A stretch of 64,000 nt of DNA. It comes from Nymphon striatum (lineage: Eukaryota). The notes under the pieces were generated by a model. The model saw nothing but the letters and a program-made list of their open reading frames with translations, had not been told where the DNA came from and ran no database searches. Position 1 is the first letter of the stretch, and each line of letters begins with the position of its first letter. Positions 1-12,402 of the stretch are shown here, one piece after another. The translations under genes and the position numbers were made by a program. Location: contig JABFOP010000807.1 in the NCBI GenBank assembly GCA_016618385.1, positions 152,216-216,215 of the forward strand, given 5' to 3'.

Positions 1-3000
1 ACTTCAATTATATGTCATAGAATTTTTTAGGATAATAAATATTGAATGTAGAAAAAACCCAAATTATATACACATGTATTTTTAAATGCTAAATTAGGAT
101 AAAATACAAACTCTAAAATAATTCCCAAACATTTTAATAGCAAATTAAATATTTTTATTAACAACCTGAGAGGTACATAAATTTGGTCTGTCAGTATTGA
201 ACTACTAATAAGAAGTTTTATAATACATACAATAATATTATCTTATTTTGTAACAATTGCTTGGCATATAATTCTAATTCATATTTTTGACATGTGAGTA
301 CATAGCTCTAAACTTTACAGAAAAATGTATGATTCAGAATAAAGCACATACCATTCCTGTCTCAAAGTTGGGATCCAGAAATCTGGTCTCCATTGCAATA
401 CTCGACCGAAATCACGGGGAACTTGCACCTTCGGGAGGGATGAACTGGCTATCTTCTGGGGTCTTCTTTTGCTCTCTTAATAATCTAGCCAACATACTTG
501 TGTGCTTCCCTAATATCCTCCACTCCAGAAGTGACAAGGTTGTTCACTCTGCTGTAAATGGAAAAATAAGAATACCAATAATTGTCAGACAATAAATTTC
601 ATTTATCTTTTTTTAGATCATGGTAAGTTAATATTCTGACCAATGGATTTTTACAAGAAATTAATGAAACTACAACAAAATTTAAAATATTCAAAACATT
701 TTATAATGCAGTAATGACCGTTACTTGCAACTTTATTTGGATTCCACATAAAATGGAGTAAAAGTTATACAAAAACAATTATCTTATGTTTCTGTAGCAT
801 GAACAGAATGTCACATTCATAAAATAAATAAACTTTTATATATTATTAATAGTGATAGTGCATTATCTGCTAAGAGTCGCCCTAGAGTTTGTTGGGTAGG
901 TGTGATCAGTCCAGACTGCGATACCATGCGGCTCGTGGTTGAAGAGGTTCGGCTTGGGGTAGATTCTAGTGGAGGTATTACACTTAGGTTGTCTTCTACA
1001 GCTGAATATGTCTTTGTAAATTGTTGTCTGCCTTGGGGGCGGATATTTATAATAAAGGTAATCCTTATCATTTATGGGATTTGATTTATTTTTATCTGAT
1101 TCATCTTCCATGATGACCGAAAAGAGATATAAAAAATTTTATAAGATAAGGTGTAAGGCGATGTAAAAAAAAAAGAAGAGGATATTTCACCGGATTGTAC
1201 AGCGCCGCCTAACTATATGATAATTATAATACAACCTAACCTAATTATATGATAATTATAATAAAACCTAACTATGTGATGACGTCATGGAAAATTACCA
1301 GAGACAATATCTGGTAAAATAACTTTAAAGGAAATGTGAACAGATCCGGTCAAATATCTACTAACTTAAACTAAAAAAAAAAACAGTAACACTGAGAAAA
1401 TTCATTAAAAAATGTCTATGACTCACATGCCTTCACCATGTGTCTAATCAGACCAAGACCATAATCAAAAATCTAAATCAAGGTTGTGATCAGCTCAACA
1501 GTTAAGCTCTGATTAAGTCAAGTTTGCAAGACAAAAGTATCAAATGCAAAAAATATTTATGAATATCGCCGAATCACATGGCTAGGAAAACGATGTATTA
1601 AATTTACTCGATTAGTCTTAGATTAGGTGAAATGTCTTAAAATACATTGAAATCAAATCAATTGATAATCAAATGTGATAACGTTACTAACCTGTTCTTC
1701 TGTTAACTGCACTTGATGTGTGGAAGGACGAGAATCCTGCTAGAATCAGCCATGATTAATTCAGCTTCACTTCGTTTAAAATTTAAGCGGCGAATATGAA
1801 ACAACATTAGGTAAGCTTCACTCAATCGCTGTGTAAACAAGAAAGATTACAGGTCAGTGGTCAGTGGAATGACCTGACAAACCGGTTGCAAGCTAAATAA
1901 GTGCGCTCTTTTTGTTGTTTTGATATTTCCTCAAAATTCACATAAAGCCCATATATACTGATATATACAAAGTTGGCAGATTTGCAAACTCCCCCTACGG
2001 GTACGTGGTGTAATATTCAAATTAAGGCAGACATCACCGAAATTTCATGTTTTGCCAATAACTCCTTAAATATGCATGATACCAACGTACACTTAGTGTC
2101 CTTACCTATGTTTTCAAGGGTAAGGATTGAGATAAAACAATTTCCGAAACAATGAACCATTAATTAACTCATAATATATAAATTAGGTCTCGCCATGACC
2201 AAAAATCCATCTTTGTTCAATATCTCCGTACATATACATGCTAGCAACATATATTTGGTGTCCTTGCCCATGTTTTCAGTGGTGAAGTTTAAGATAAAAG
2301 CATTCTCGAAACGATCACACCAGTCCATTTACTGGTGTAGACCAAGCACAGGAGCAGGGCAAAAAATACCCTAATAGGCCAGGGTTCTATCAATGGCATA
2401 ACACAAACTTCCGCTACACCTCTCAAATTCCGCATGTGTGCGCCTGAACTGGCACGAATTGCTAATGAGACTGAAAGCATGATTGGGATGATAAACTAGA
2501 ATAGAACTGTGCATCACCGTCTTAACCAGCCAGACCAGCCAACAATGAAGAGGCAGATCAAGCTATTGCAAACCCGAGTGGAGTTCTAAAACCATGTACG
2601 TAACATGACCTCTGATGAAACGCACATGTTCAAGCTCATGACCAAGGAGATCCTTCCAAAAGAAACAGAGGAGAGCATGTTGGCAACAGAAAGAACATAG
2701 AGGCTCTACAGCAATGAATACATTTGTTGAGGAAAGGATATGTGGAGACACAAACCTCTGGGACAAGATGATAAAGTGCAAGCCCCTTCTTTGGAACTCT
2801 CCATCGAAATAGATCAAATTGCAAGCCAAGTCTGAAGTCCTAACTCTACGAGCAACCACGGGTCTAATGCCTAGACTATACTCATCATTGTTCAGCATCC
2901 CGCGAGATTGACATAGAAGAGGTCATCGGCAAATATGAGTTTTCTACTAGCAACCACAATTTAATGACATTAACTGGTGGTGTTCATCCAACTTTGGATA

Positions 3001-3036
3001 AAAGTAATAAGGTGATATCCGTTCTTGAGAACATGT

Positions 3037-3062
3037 CAGGGGAGAGAGAGAGAGAGAGAGAG
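3037..3062. repeat. (GA)n microsatellite.
   Basis: gagagagagagagagagagagag. Confidence 0.95.
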
Positions 3063-4244
3063 CTGACGAAAATATGGTATCATCAGTTGCATTGTCACGG
3101 GATTGTCACGGGATTGTCACCAACAACGAGCAAGTAGCAAGATGGATGGCTGTTAGATCCTTAAGAGTCATTCCTTGACCTTAGCAACGCATATGTTGAT
3201 CTCATAAATGCTAAAGCCCATAACTACGAGATTACCCGTGTTGTATTTGATAATTACTTTATAACAGGATCGTTAAAGGAAACGATGCAGAGGGGGTAAA
3301 AGCCACCAGTTCGCTCTCTTTAATGGTAGTGCTATCATGCCAGCACTAACATTAAAGAAAGGAAACCGTTTCTTAGTAGCAATACTACAAAAGATTCACT
3401 GACACTCTATCAGGCACATAAGCTCATAGATAACGCTGATGTTAACATCATAACTGCAACACATAAGGATGTTATGTCGAACTGCTCTGGTGACATATAA
3501 CATCTGGTACTATAGGTCCCAGGAAGAGGTTGACACGTTGATGATATGCCATGCTGTCGAAGCAGGATATGTCAAAAGACAGGATATGTCGGGCATATAT
3601 ACAGTAAAGACACAGATGCGTTGCTTGCTGCGTTAAGGCGTGTGTTTTGCTTGGTGAAAACGCAGCTATGGTTATGGGTTCAAGCGATAAACGTCGCCTT
3701 GTTAGCCAATCTTTAATGCTCTTGGAAAAAATAAAGCTAGAACTTTGTGCAAATGGCAGGCCTTGAAGGGTTGTGACACGACAGGACACATAAGGGGCAA
3801 ATCCAAGATTACCTGCTTGAATGCATTCTTGAAAGCAAACCTACGTGTTGTGGTTGCCATATCTGCCTCTGGAGTTGGAAGTAAACCTTCAGATGAAACC
3901 AACAAGGGGTGCCATGTCCTATGCAGCCTCTTCTGTAAAAAGGGCGTCACCATTGCCCAACCGCAGATCCTTCGGTAGAGTTTTTTCAAGCAACAAGGTA
4001 TCGACAAAGGTGTCGAGATACAACTGCCAACATCTGGAGCTTGGATACAGAATATCTGCAGAGCTCTTTGCCAATCTCATATATGGGAGCAGGACCTTAT
4101 TTCCCATCTTATCGTTATAGACCCACTTAAGCTTGGCTGGATACTAGAAGACAACAGATTGGTGCCAAAGTTGTCAGATAGTTGCCTCAACCTAAACTAC
4201 TACTGTAGAGTTAGTAAAGTGTAGGTGTGATTCTAGTAAACCAA

Positions 4245-5010
4245 AAGCACCAAATGCAATATGCACTTTTGCAAGATGTTCATGGCTTAGTGCAGGGGCG
4301 CCGGAAGCACGGGGGCAGCGGGGGCAGCTGCCCCCTGGCGTTCTTGCTACGGGGGCTGCGGGGGCAGCTTTGTACCTTTTATGAAAAAAGGGAAAATAAG
4401 TATTTTTGAAAATGTCTTCTTGTTACTTTCGTTTTCATTGAATAAATAAATATTTGTGTCTTTTCTTATGTCTTCCTATTCCGTTAATTTTTAAAATCTC
4501 GTTTTCTATTTATCAATTTGGTCTTCTGTTTATCACATAATCGATAGTTTTGAAAATTAATTTAAAATAGATTCAATTTCAAAGAAAAATGTAAGGTTTC
4601 ATCAAAGATTAAAAAGATCAAAAAAGATTTTAATCTTTGATGAAACCTTACATTTTTCTTTGAAATTAAATCTATTTTAAATTAATTTTCAAAGCTATAT
4701 ATCGATTATGTGATAAACAGAAGACCAAATTAATAACTAGAAAACGAGATATTGCTCGAAAAGCACTGCAATATTACCTTGCTTTTTACCTCTGGCTTAT
4801 TTTATGTTTCGAATTTTATAAATATTGATTGTATTGGCGATAGTAAGGTATTTCCACGTCTTGGTAGGCTCTTGGTACACCTGCACTTTTGCAGAAGCCT
4901 TGTAACCACACATTAAAATATATATGTCATAAAGTGCCATTTGTGAAAAGCTGCCCCCCCCACTCAAAATTGCTTCCGGCGCCCCTGGCTTAGTGTGCAT
5001 TGAACTTTGT
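4245..5010. mobile_element. Non-autonomous TIR element (TIR ~GGCTTAGTGCAGGGGCGCCGGAAGC) that carries a nested palindromic MITE dimer at 4500..4740.
   Basis: catggcttagtgcaggggcgccggaagc (4283-4310) is the inverse of gcttccggcgcccctggcttagtg (4968-4991). The inner 4500-4740 segment is a near-perfect palindrome of the ATCTATTTTAAATTAATTTTCAAAGCTAT...GATTATGTGATAAACAGAAGACCAAA repeat family. Confidence 0.7.
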
Positions 5011-5120
5011 TTTGTGTGTGCATTGAACAAATTTTTATCTGTCCCGCTAGCAAGTTTCCCGAAAATGGACATAAATAAATAAACAGACAGAAAAACGAAA
5101 ACAGACATACTCAAGAATCT

Positions 5121-6045
5121 CTATAGGTTGCCTATAAAGATCCTACAGGAATTGCCTATAGGGATCTTATAGGGATGGCTATAGAGATAATATAGGGATT
5201 GCCTATAGAGATCTTATAGGAATTGCCTATAGAGATCCTATAGAGAGCATATAGGGATTGCCTATAGAGATCCTATAGGAATTACCTATAGGGATGCCTA
5301 TAGAGATCCTATAAGGATGCCTATAGAGATCCTATAGGGATGGCTATAGAGAGCATATAGGGATTTCCTATAGAGATCCTATAGTGATTACCTATATGGA
5401 TGCCTATTGAGATCCTATAGGGATGCTTATAGAGATCCTATAGGGATGGCTTTAGAGAGAATATAGGGATTGCCTATAGAGATCCTATAGGGATGCCTAT
5501 AGAGATGCCTATAGGGATGCCTATAGGGATGCCTATAGGGATACCTATAGAAAGCATATAGGGATTGCTTATAGAGATCCTATAGGAATTGCCTATAGAA
5601 ATCATATAGGGATTGCCTATAGATATCCTATAGGGATGCCTATAGAGATCCTATAGGGATACCTATAGAGAGCATATAGGGATTGCCTATAGAGATTATA
5701 TAGAGATCCTATAGGGATGTTTATAGGGATCCCTATAGAGATTATATAGTGATTACCTATAGAAATCCTATAGAGATCCTATAGGGATGCCTATAGGGAT
5801 ACCTATAGAGAGCATATAGGGATTGCCTATAGAGATCCTATAGGGATGCCTATAGAGATACCTATAGAAATCCTATAGGGACCCTATGTAAAACTTTAAT
5901 AATAAAAAAAAATTATAGAATATCTTACCTATAGCAAATTTGACCTATAGGATCTCTATAGGAACCTATAGGATTTATGCCTATAGGAAACTTCACCTAT
6001 AGGCTCTCTATAGGATCTCTACAGACACCTATAGGTACCTATAGG
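5121..6045. repeat. Satellite array of short (~11/22-bp) units CCTATAGRGAT(Y)....
   Basis: Dozens of tandem copies of cctatagagatcctatagggattg/atgcctatagggat variants span ~0.9 kb. Confidence 0.9.
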
Positions 6046-7225
6046 ACATTTTCATAAGGGATACAACGTTGTAGTAACGTAACTATATGGCGTGACCTTA
6101 TCACAACCAAATCGTGACGTTGTAAAACCCATCATAACATAATATAACATGATTAAAATTCACTAAAAATTAATGCATGCCTTTGTATATATTTAAAAGC
6201 AAAGTAAGCTTATGGGGGTTATAATATTAAAATTATCATAGCGTAATTGTGCAACGTTGTTGGGACGTCAACTTGTGACTGACATACAACGTTGTATAGT
6301 AACGTAACTATATGACGTGACCTTATCACAACCAAATCGTGACGTTGTAAAACCCATCATAACATAATATAACATGATTAAAATTCACTAAAAATTAATG
6401 CATGCCTTTGTATATATTTAAAAGTAAAGTAAGCTTATGGGGGTTATAATATTAAAATTATCATAGCGTAATTGTGCAACGTTGTTGGGACGTCAACTTG
6501 TGACTGACATACAACGTTGTATAGTAACGTAACTATATGACGTGACCTTATCACAACCAAATCGTGACGTTGTAAAACCCATCATAACATAATATAACAT
6601 GATTAAAATTCACTAAAAATTAATGCATGCCTTTGTATATATTTAAAAGCAAAGTAAGCTTATGGGGGTTATAATATTAAAATTATCATAGCGTAATTGT
6701 GCAACGTTGTTGGGACGTCAACTTGTGACTGACATACAACGTTGTATAGTAACGTAACTATATGACGTGACCTTATCACAACCAAATCATGACGTTGTAA
6801 AACCCATCATAACATAATATAACATGATTAAAATTCACTAAAAATTAATGCATGCCTTTGTATATATTTAAAAGCAAAGTAAGCTTATGGGGGTTATAAT
6901 ATTAAAATTATCATAGCGTAATTGTGCAACGTTGTTGGGACGTCAACTTGTGACTGACATACAACGTTGTAGTAACGTAACTATATGACGTGACCTTCAC
7001 AACCAAATCGTGACGTCAACTTGTGACTGACATACAACGTTGTAGTAACGTAACCATATGACGTGACCTTCACAACCAAATCGTGACTGACATAAAACGT
7101 TGTAGTAACGTAACTATATGACGTGACCTTCACAACCAAATCGTGACGTCAACTTGTGACTGGCATACAACGTTGTAGTAACGTAACTATATGACGCGAC
7201 CTTCACAACCAAATCGTGACGTTGC
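6046..7225. repeat. Satellite with a ~239-bp monomer (x4) that decays into ~62-bp sub-repeats (x4).
   Basis: The monomer acaacgttgtagtaacgtaactatatgacgtgaccttatcacaaccaaatcgtgacgttgtaaaaccc...gcaacgttgttgggacgtcaacttgtgactgacat repeats at ~6064, 6290, 6527 and 6766. Shortened 62-bp units built from the monomer ends occupy 6960-7225. Confidence 0.9.
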
Positions 7226-7582
7226 AAAAAGGTCGCCATAACGTTACGTGTTTACTGGGTTGTTATATATAATCTGCTAAGCAGCTTACAAGCAATTTTA
7301 GCACAAAAATATTATTAATAAATATAATAGTTCTGAATAAGTGTGATGTATTAATGATTAATATATGAAGAGTACACAGGCAGAACGATCAAAGTCACAT
7401 TTTCATGAAATGACCGGAAACCGACTCATCGGGAGCTTATAATAATGAAAGCTTCCTTCTAATATCAGCCAAACAGAGAAAAACGATTAGATTCTTTCGC
7501 TGTGGCTTGCTTGACAAATTAACTCCAGAGTCCCCTCTAGAGTAAGAACGATCAATGTCCAAGGACCAATTAAGTTGCCCGA

Positions 7583-7985
7583 TGTCCGCAGTGCAAGTTA
7601 TAGGAGTATACTGAGGCCTCGTTCCATGCTCATTCCCATCAAACTTGCCAAGTTTGGCTTATTTTACTTTTACAGAAATGAAATGAGAAAGTTTTGGGGC
7701 CTTTGATTTTTTTTTTTTTTTTTTCTCAAACAAAACTAAGAAATGTGACTTATTTGATCATTCTACCCGAAATGCAGTCAGACAATGTCCGCAGTGCAAG
7801 TTATAGGAGTATACTGAGGCCTCGTTCCATGCTCATTCCCATCAAACTTGCCAAGTTTGGCTTATTTTACTTTTACAGAAATGAAATGAGAAAGTTTTGG
7901 AGCCTTTGATTTTTTTTTTTTTCTTCTCAAACAAAACTAAGAAATGTGACTTATTTGATCATTCTGCCCGAAATGCAGTCAGACA
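7583..7985. repeat. Tandem duplication, ~200 bp x 2, each with an internal poly(T) tract.
   Basis: gtccgcagtgcaagttataggagtatactgaggcctcgttccatgctcattcccatcaaacttgccaagtttggc...(T)n...gaaatgcagtcagacaat occurs twice in tandem. Confidence 0.85.
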
Positions 7986-8504
7986 ATATATATAAGTAGG
8001 CTACTCAAATCCCCTGATACATCATACATAATAACATATACATTGTAAATTTAATAACTATAGTATATATTTGCATTTACAAATGTCTGATTAATTAAGA
8101 TTAATTAAGTAATTATTAAGTAATTTATACCATGAAAAGTTCATGAACTATGGCTATGGTTAAATATGGCCAAATAGTCCGTGTGGTACCTAAATTTGCA
8201 AAATTCTTGAATATAAAATATAAATAACGGTCGTACATCACTACATGATGATGAGAATATCTACTATTATCTAGACTATGTAACGTTATTATATCATGTT
8301 TCTCATGACAAATCTTTAAAACGGAATGGAATAAAGTTATTTGCTCACCTTTTAAGTTCTAGGCTTTTTTCAAAATTCTTGCTTTTTATATATTAAAGTG
8401 AAGAGATAAATAATGCAGCATGATCTGTAATGTCCGTTGAGCATGTGTTCAAATAAAACGAGATTCTTTAACAAAGGAAACGAGATTCACGCATGCGACA
8501 TCTT

Positions 8505-8975
8505 GCGGGAAAATCGTATGATATCACAAGTGTGATATCACTGTGAGATCACTGTGATATCATACAATTTTTTTATTTTAATGCTTGGAAATAGATAAAA
8601 AAAAGAAATATTTATGATATCACTGTGATATCATGTCCGTGATATCACAAGTATGATATCACTGTTATATCACTGTGATATCATGTCTGTGATATCACAA
8701 GTATGATATCACAGTGATCTCACAGTGATATCATACAATTTTTGTTTTTTTAATGCTTGGAAATAGAAAAAAAAGGAATATTTATGATATCACTGTGATA
8801 TCACTGTTATGTCACACTTGTGATATCACACACGTGAGATCACTGTAAGGTCACTGTGATATCGTACTTGTGATATCACAGACATGCTATCACTGTGAGA
8901 TCACTGTGATATCATAATTGTGATATCACGCAAGTGAGTTACATGTGATATCACTGTGATATCATGTGAGACTAT
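8505..8975. repeat. Array of the palindromic decamer GTGATATCAC / TGATATCAC(T/A)GTGATATCA, with a higher-order ~170-bp periodicity.
   Basis: More than 40 copies of gtgatatcac, each containing a GATATC palindrome, are interleaved with a repeated spacer ...caatttttttattttaatgcttggaaatagat(a)aaaaaag(g)aaatatttat.... There is no unique-spacer architecture, so this is not a CRISPR array. Confidence 0.85.
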
Positions 8976-9136
8976 TTCTTGACTGGGATGGCTTTTTATT
9001 CCTGCGAACAGTGCATTTTGATAATTTTCAGATGTAATTAAATCTCTATTTCAGTCGAGAGGGGGAGATTTGTTATTGTAATTAAAGCTTTGCCCGAGGG
9101 CTTCATTCAACTGCTACACGGCTAAAAACAGCTATG

Positions 9137-9935
9137 TTTGATACATACAATACATGCCCGTAGCCAGAGGGGTGTTTAGGGTGTCCAGGCACCACCCCAA
9201 AACAGCCAAAGGTCCACTTTGAAAAATTACACTTAAAAAATAATAAATATTTTTAGATTCTCGCTCATTTTTGTGTTTCTGGTCAATTTTAACTTCCTGT
9301 CGTAAGCTTGCTTGCTCAGTTGAGCTGCAGTTGCAATTTTGTCCCTAGACCTTGTCATCATTGCAAATAATAATGTTTATCACATAATAGAGGAGTTATT
9401 CTACCGATCTCAGTGGACATACAAATGATATAAACACATGTGTAAAAACTTGTTATAAAACGATAAACTGCTTAACGGTGAGAGATGTTTTTAATGGGTA
9501 ACCGATTTAAAGTGACAATAATCTTAAACAATGACAAATGGCTCTTAATAGTTTGTTTTCTTAATGATTTTCTACATTAAACCTACTCAGAAGTTTTTAT
9601 TGCATTTGGCTTGACCGGGAGCTGCAATATTGTCATTTAATTTATTTACAAGCATTTTAAAGAGGCGACAGATCGGAAAATGTTTTTAATGATTTGACCT
9701 GGAGCTCTTTGATAAAACCTTACAATTTTCTTTATACACTTGTCCAAACTGAATCTATTTTAAATTAATTTAAATTAATTTTCAAAGCTATCTATTGATT
9801 ATGTGATAAACAGAATACCAAACTTGCCACGTCATATCTTCTATACACTTTTATCTTGAAACCGGTTCTTATATTCGAAAGAGGCACCTCCCCATAAAAA
9901 AATCCTGGCTACGGGCATGCAATACCTCACACATG
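9137..9935. mobile_element. TIR-bounded element (TIR GTTTGATACATAC..ATACATGCCCGTAGCCAG) that contains a copy of the ATCTATTTTAAATTAATTTTCAAAGC repeat family.
   Basis: 9137-9167 is the reverse complement of 9905-9935. The internal 9740-9830 and adjacent 9950-10015 segments match the dispersed short repeat also seen at 4500-4740, 16810-16905, 37640-37700 and 57470-57545. Confidence 0.6.
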
Positions 9936-10144
9936 CATGTATCAAATTGAATCTATTTTAAATTAATTTCCAAAGCTTTCCGTCGGTTAGGTGAGCAGAA
10001 TACGAAATTCGTCCAACGGGCACTCATTCCAAATCTTCTTCAATCATCTGATTGTAGAATAATAGAAGCAATGAAAACACAAACAGTACACTTTAACCCC
10101 GCCTAAATATAAAACTAAATTACCAAGTATGCAGATACGTAAGT

Positions 10145-10757
10145 GGTTAAAGGCATACTCCACTCATTGGGTGTAAAAAAAGAAAAATTCTCAATCTATA
10201 GTCCATATATCAAACATCAAATCCTGATTTTTAAATTTTTTTTCTAGTTCATTTAATATTTTAAAACTAATTTTAAAAGCAACTACGTAGGAGCTGCCAT
10301 TGTTGACAGAAACGCCACAGCCGTGACGTGTAATCCACAAGTCGTGACGTCATAGGCGATAGACGCCGCATACTGGTTACACTAGCATGTTTACCTTTGT
10401 GGAAAGAAGATACTTTAAAAGATTATATGACCATTATTTAATTTCATTCTCGGCTCGAATCGATTAATAACACCAATAATCATTAAAATTATCTTCTCTC
10501 CTCAAATGTATACTTGCTAGCATATCAATGTGCGGCATATATAGTGTATGACATCACGACTTGTAGAATACACGTCACGGCTGTGACGTTTCTGTCCACA
10601 ATGGCAGCTTCAACGTAGTTGATTTTAAAATTCGTTTAAAAATATTAAATAAACTAGATAAAAAATTTTTAAATCAGGATTTATTGTTTGATATATGTAC
10701 TATGGATTGGGAATTTTTTTTTGTTTACACCCAATGAGTGGAGTATGCCTTCAAGAT
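10145..10757. repeat. Foldback element or long hairpin: inverted-repeat arms of ~250 bp (10145-10395 and 10495-10757) with a ~100-bp loop.
   Basis: The reverse complement of 10495-10757 aligns at ~85-90% to 10145-10395 (ggcatactccactcattgggtgtaaa...caactacgt.gagctgccattgt.gacagaaacg.cacagccgtgacgtgta...). Confidence 0.85.
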
Positions 10758-11261
10758 ATCAAATGATATATTTTGCGACAAACGGAAGTGCTTTCAAAAA
10801 AACTTTCAAACTTTCAAAACTTTCAAAAAATAGATATATAATATGTATTTTATGTATAACTACTCAGTTTATTCTACTATATTCTAAAAAACTATAGTGT
10901 CAGAAAAACAACCTTAACCAAATAGTGTATTTGTAGAGTTTGAACAATGCACTGATTTGCTTTTCCACACTCAGATGTATAAGTTTATGCTGTCTGTCAA
11001 TTGATGCATCAATAATCATGATTTGTACTACAGGGTGGCTACTACGTTATGCAACGGAGATAATCGGGGGCGCCGGAACTACCACCTTGCCCTATCTAAA
11101 TTCTGTGAATTTCTACATTTTTCTATTGTTTTGCCCTGAAAACTATCGTGCGGCCCCCGTCGATCTCTCTAGCTTCCGGCGCTACTGGAGATAATATGCT
11201 ACACTGGAGATAATATAACACAATTAAACAAAATAATTTTAGTTTTTAAAATTTTATTAGT

Positions 11262-12402
11262 GTAGTAGTACATTGTCTTGTACACATAATTACAAAACAT
11301 CATTAAAAATGACCGTCTTTTGCTTTCACTGCAGCTTGACGCTTAGGAAATGAGGAGACTGCGGCACAGATGGTCTTTTGATCAATGTCGGCCCATGCTC
11401 GGCAAAGAGACAGCCTTAGGGACTCCAAATTGTGGGTCTGGTTTAGCCACAAGCCTTCGCTTCTAAAATTGACCATGGAGAATAGTCCATAACCTTGAGA
11501 TCTGGCGAGGAAGGACGCCAGGCATCCTTCGCCCAGAAACGCGGAAATTACTCCTTGCACCACGCTTGAGTGTTGTTGGACATGTGGGATGGTACTCAGT
11601 CTTGCTGGAACGTTTGCTTTCGGTCTCCGAAGTGTTTTTTAGCTTCAGTAGCCATAGGTGTCAGAATTGTGGCGATATACGAATCCGTCTTGACTTTTGA
11701 CGCCTTCTGGAATGAAAATTAACGGACTATTTCAAATTTCAGAAATGGCAACCAGACCATCACTTTGAGAGGTCCTTGACGCAGAGTAACCATTTTTTAG
11801 GCATGTCTTTGGAAGAATGCGCGATCACCAAATCATTCTTCTGATTGAATGATGCCTGGACATCAAGAGTTTTTCATCGGAGAAATCAACCTCCATGCCG
11901 GTTCTCATCTCCTTCAGCAGCAAGCGACCTCTGACCAATCTTTTTATCTTTGTGGCTTCGGTAAGGAACTGTTTCTGTTCAAGACGGTAAGAGAACATCT
12001 TCAAATCGTTATGAACCAGGCTTTGCATTGTCCTGACAGATACCTCCTCGTCTTTGGCCATTTTCTTCATTGATCGTCGAGGATTGCGACAAATTTTTTC
12101 TCGTGTCCGCTTTTTGGTTTGTCAGCTAAGGATTGAGTGTCCGTAAAGCATTTGACAGTCCTCCAAACTGTAGAGCGGTCAATTTTCAGTTTTTTTGGAT
12201 ATTTCTCGTGTTAGAAAATCCAGCTTCATGCATATCAATAATTGTTTTACGTTTTTCATGCATTATTATAACCTGAAAAAATGCATTTGAAATGTTAGAA
12301 TATATCTTGAAGTTAACTTAGAAACAAACGCATCAGAATTTAACAAGTGGCGTATGTAGTACATGCACAAATGTTATGTGTACGTCTGTATGACAGACAA
12401 TG
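11262..12402 (-). mobile_element. Decayed Tc1/mariner (Tc1-like) DNA transposon with a transposase pseudogene (frameshifts and stops).
   Basis: Minus-strand translations contain DRSTVWRTVKCFTDTQSLADKPKSGHEKKF (HTH), MRTGMEVDFSDEKLLMSRHHSIRRMIW, and a DDE-domain C-terminus ...KKHFGDRKQTFQQD..WAKDAWRPSSPDLKVMDYSPW...CRAWADIDQKTICAAVSSFPKRQAAVKAKDGHF, typical of Tc1 transposases. The terminal inverted sequences are TGTACACAT...(11262-11285) and ATGTGTAC...GACAATG (12365-12402). At ~1.1 kb it is internally deleted. Confidence 0.75.

Noticed and set aside
287-1111. Several 60-100-aa ORFs at the window start
   Set aside because: They overlap one another on both strands, start with non-ATG codons and have no similarity to known families. 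They are treated as noise.
8505-8975. Repeat-spacer-like array (possible CRISPR)
   Set aside because: The units are perfect 10-bp palindromes in direct contact or separated by a repeated (not unique) spacer. The context is eukaryotic and no cas genes are present, so this is a palindromic microsatellite, not a CRISPR array.
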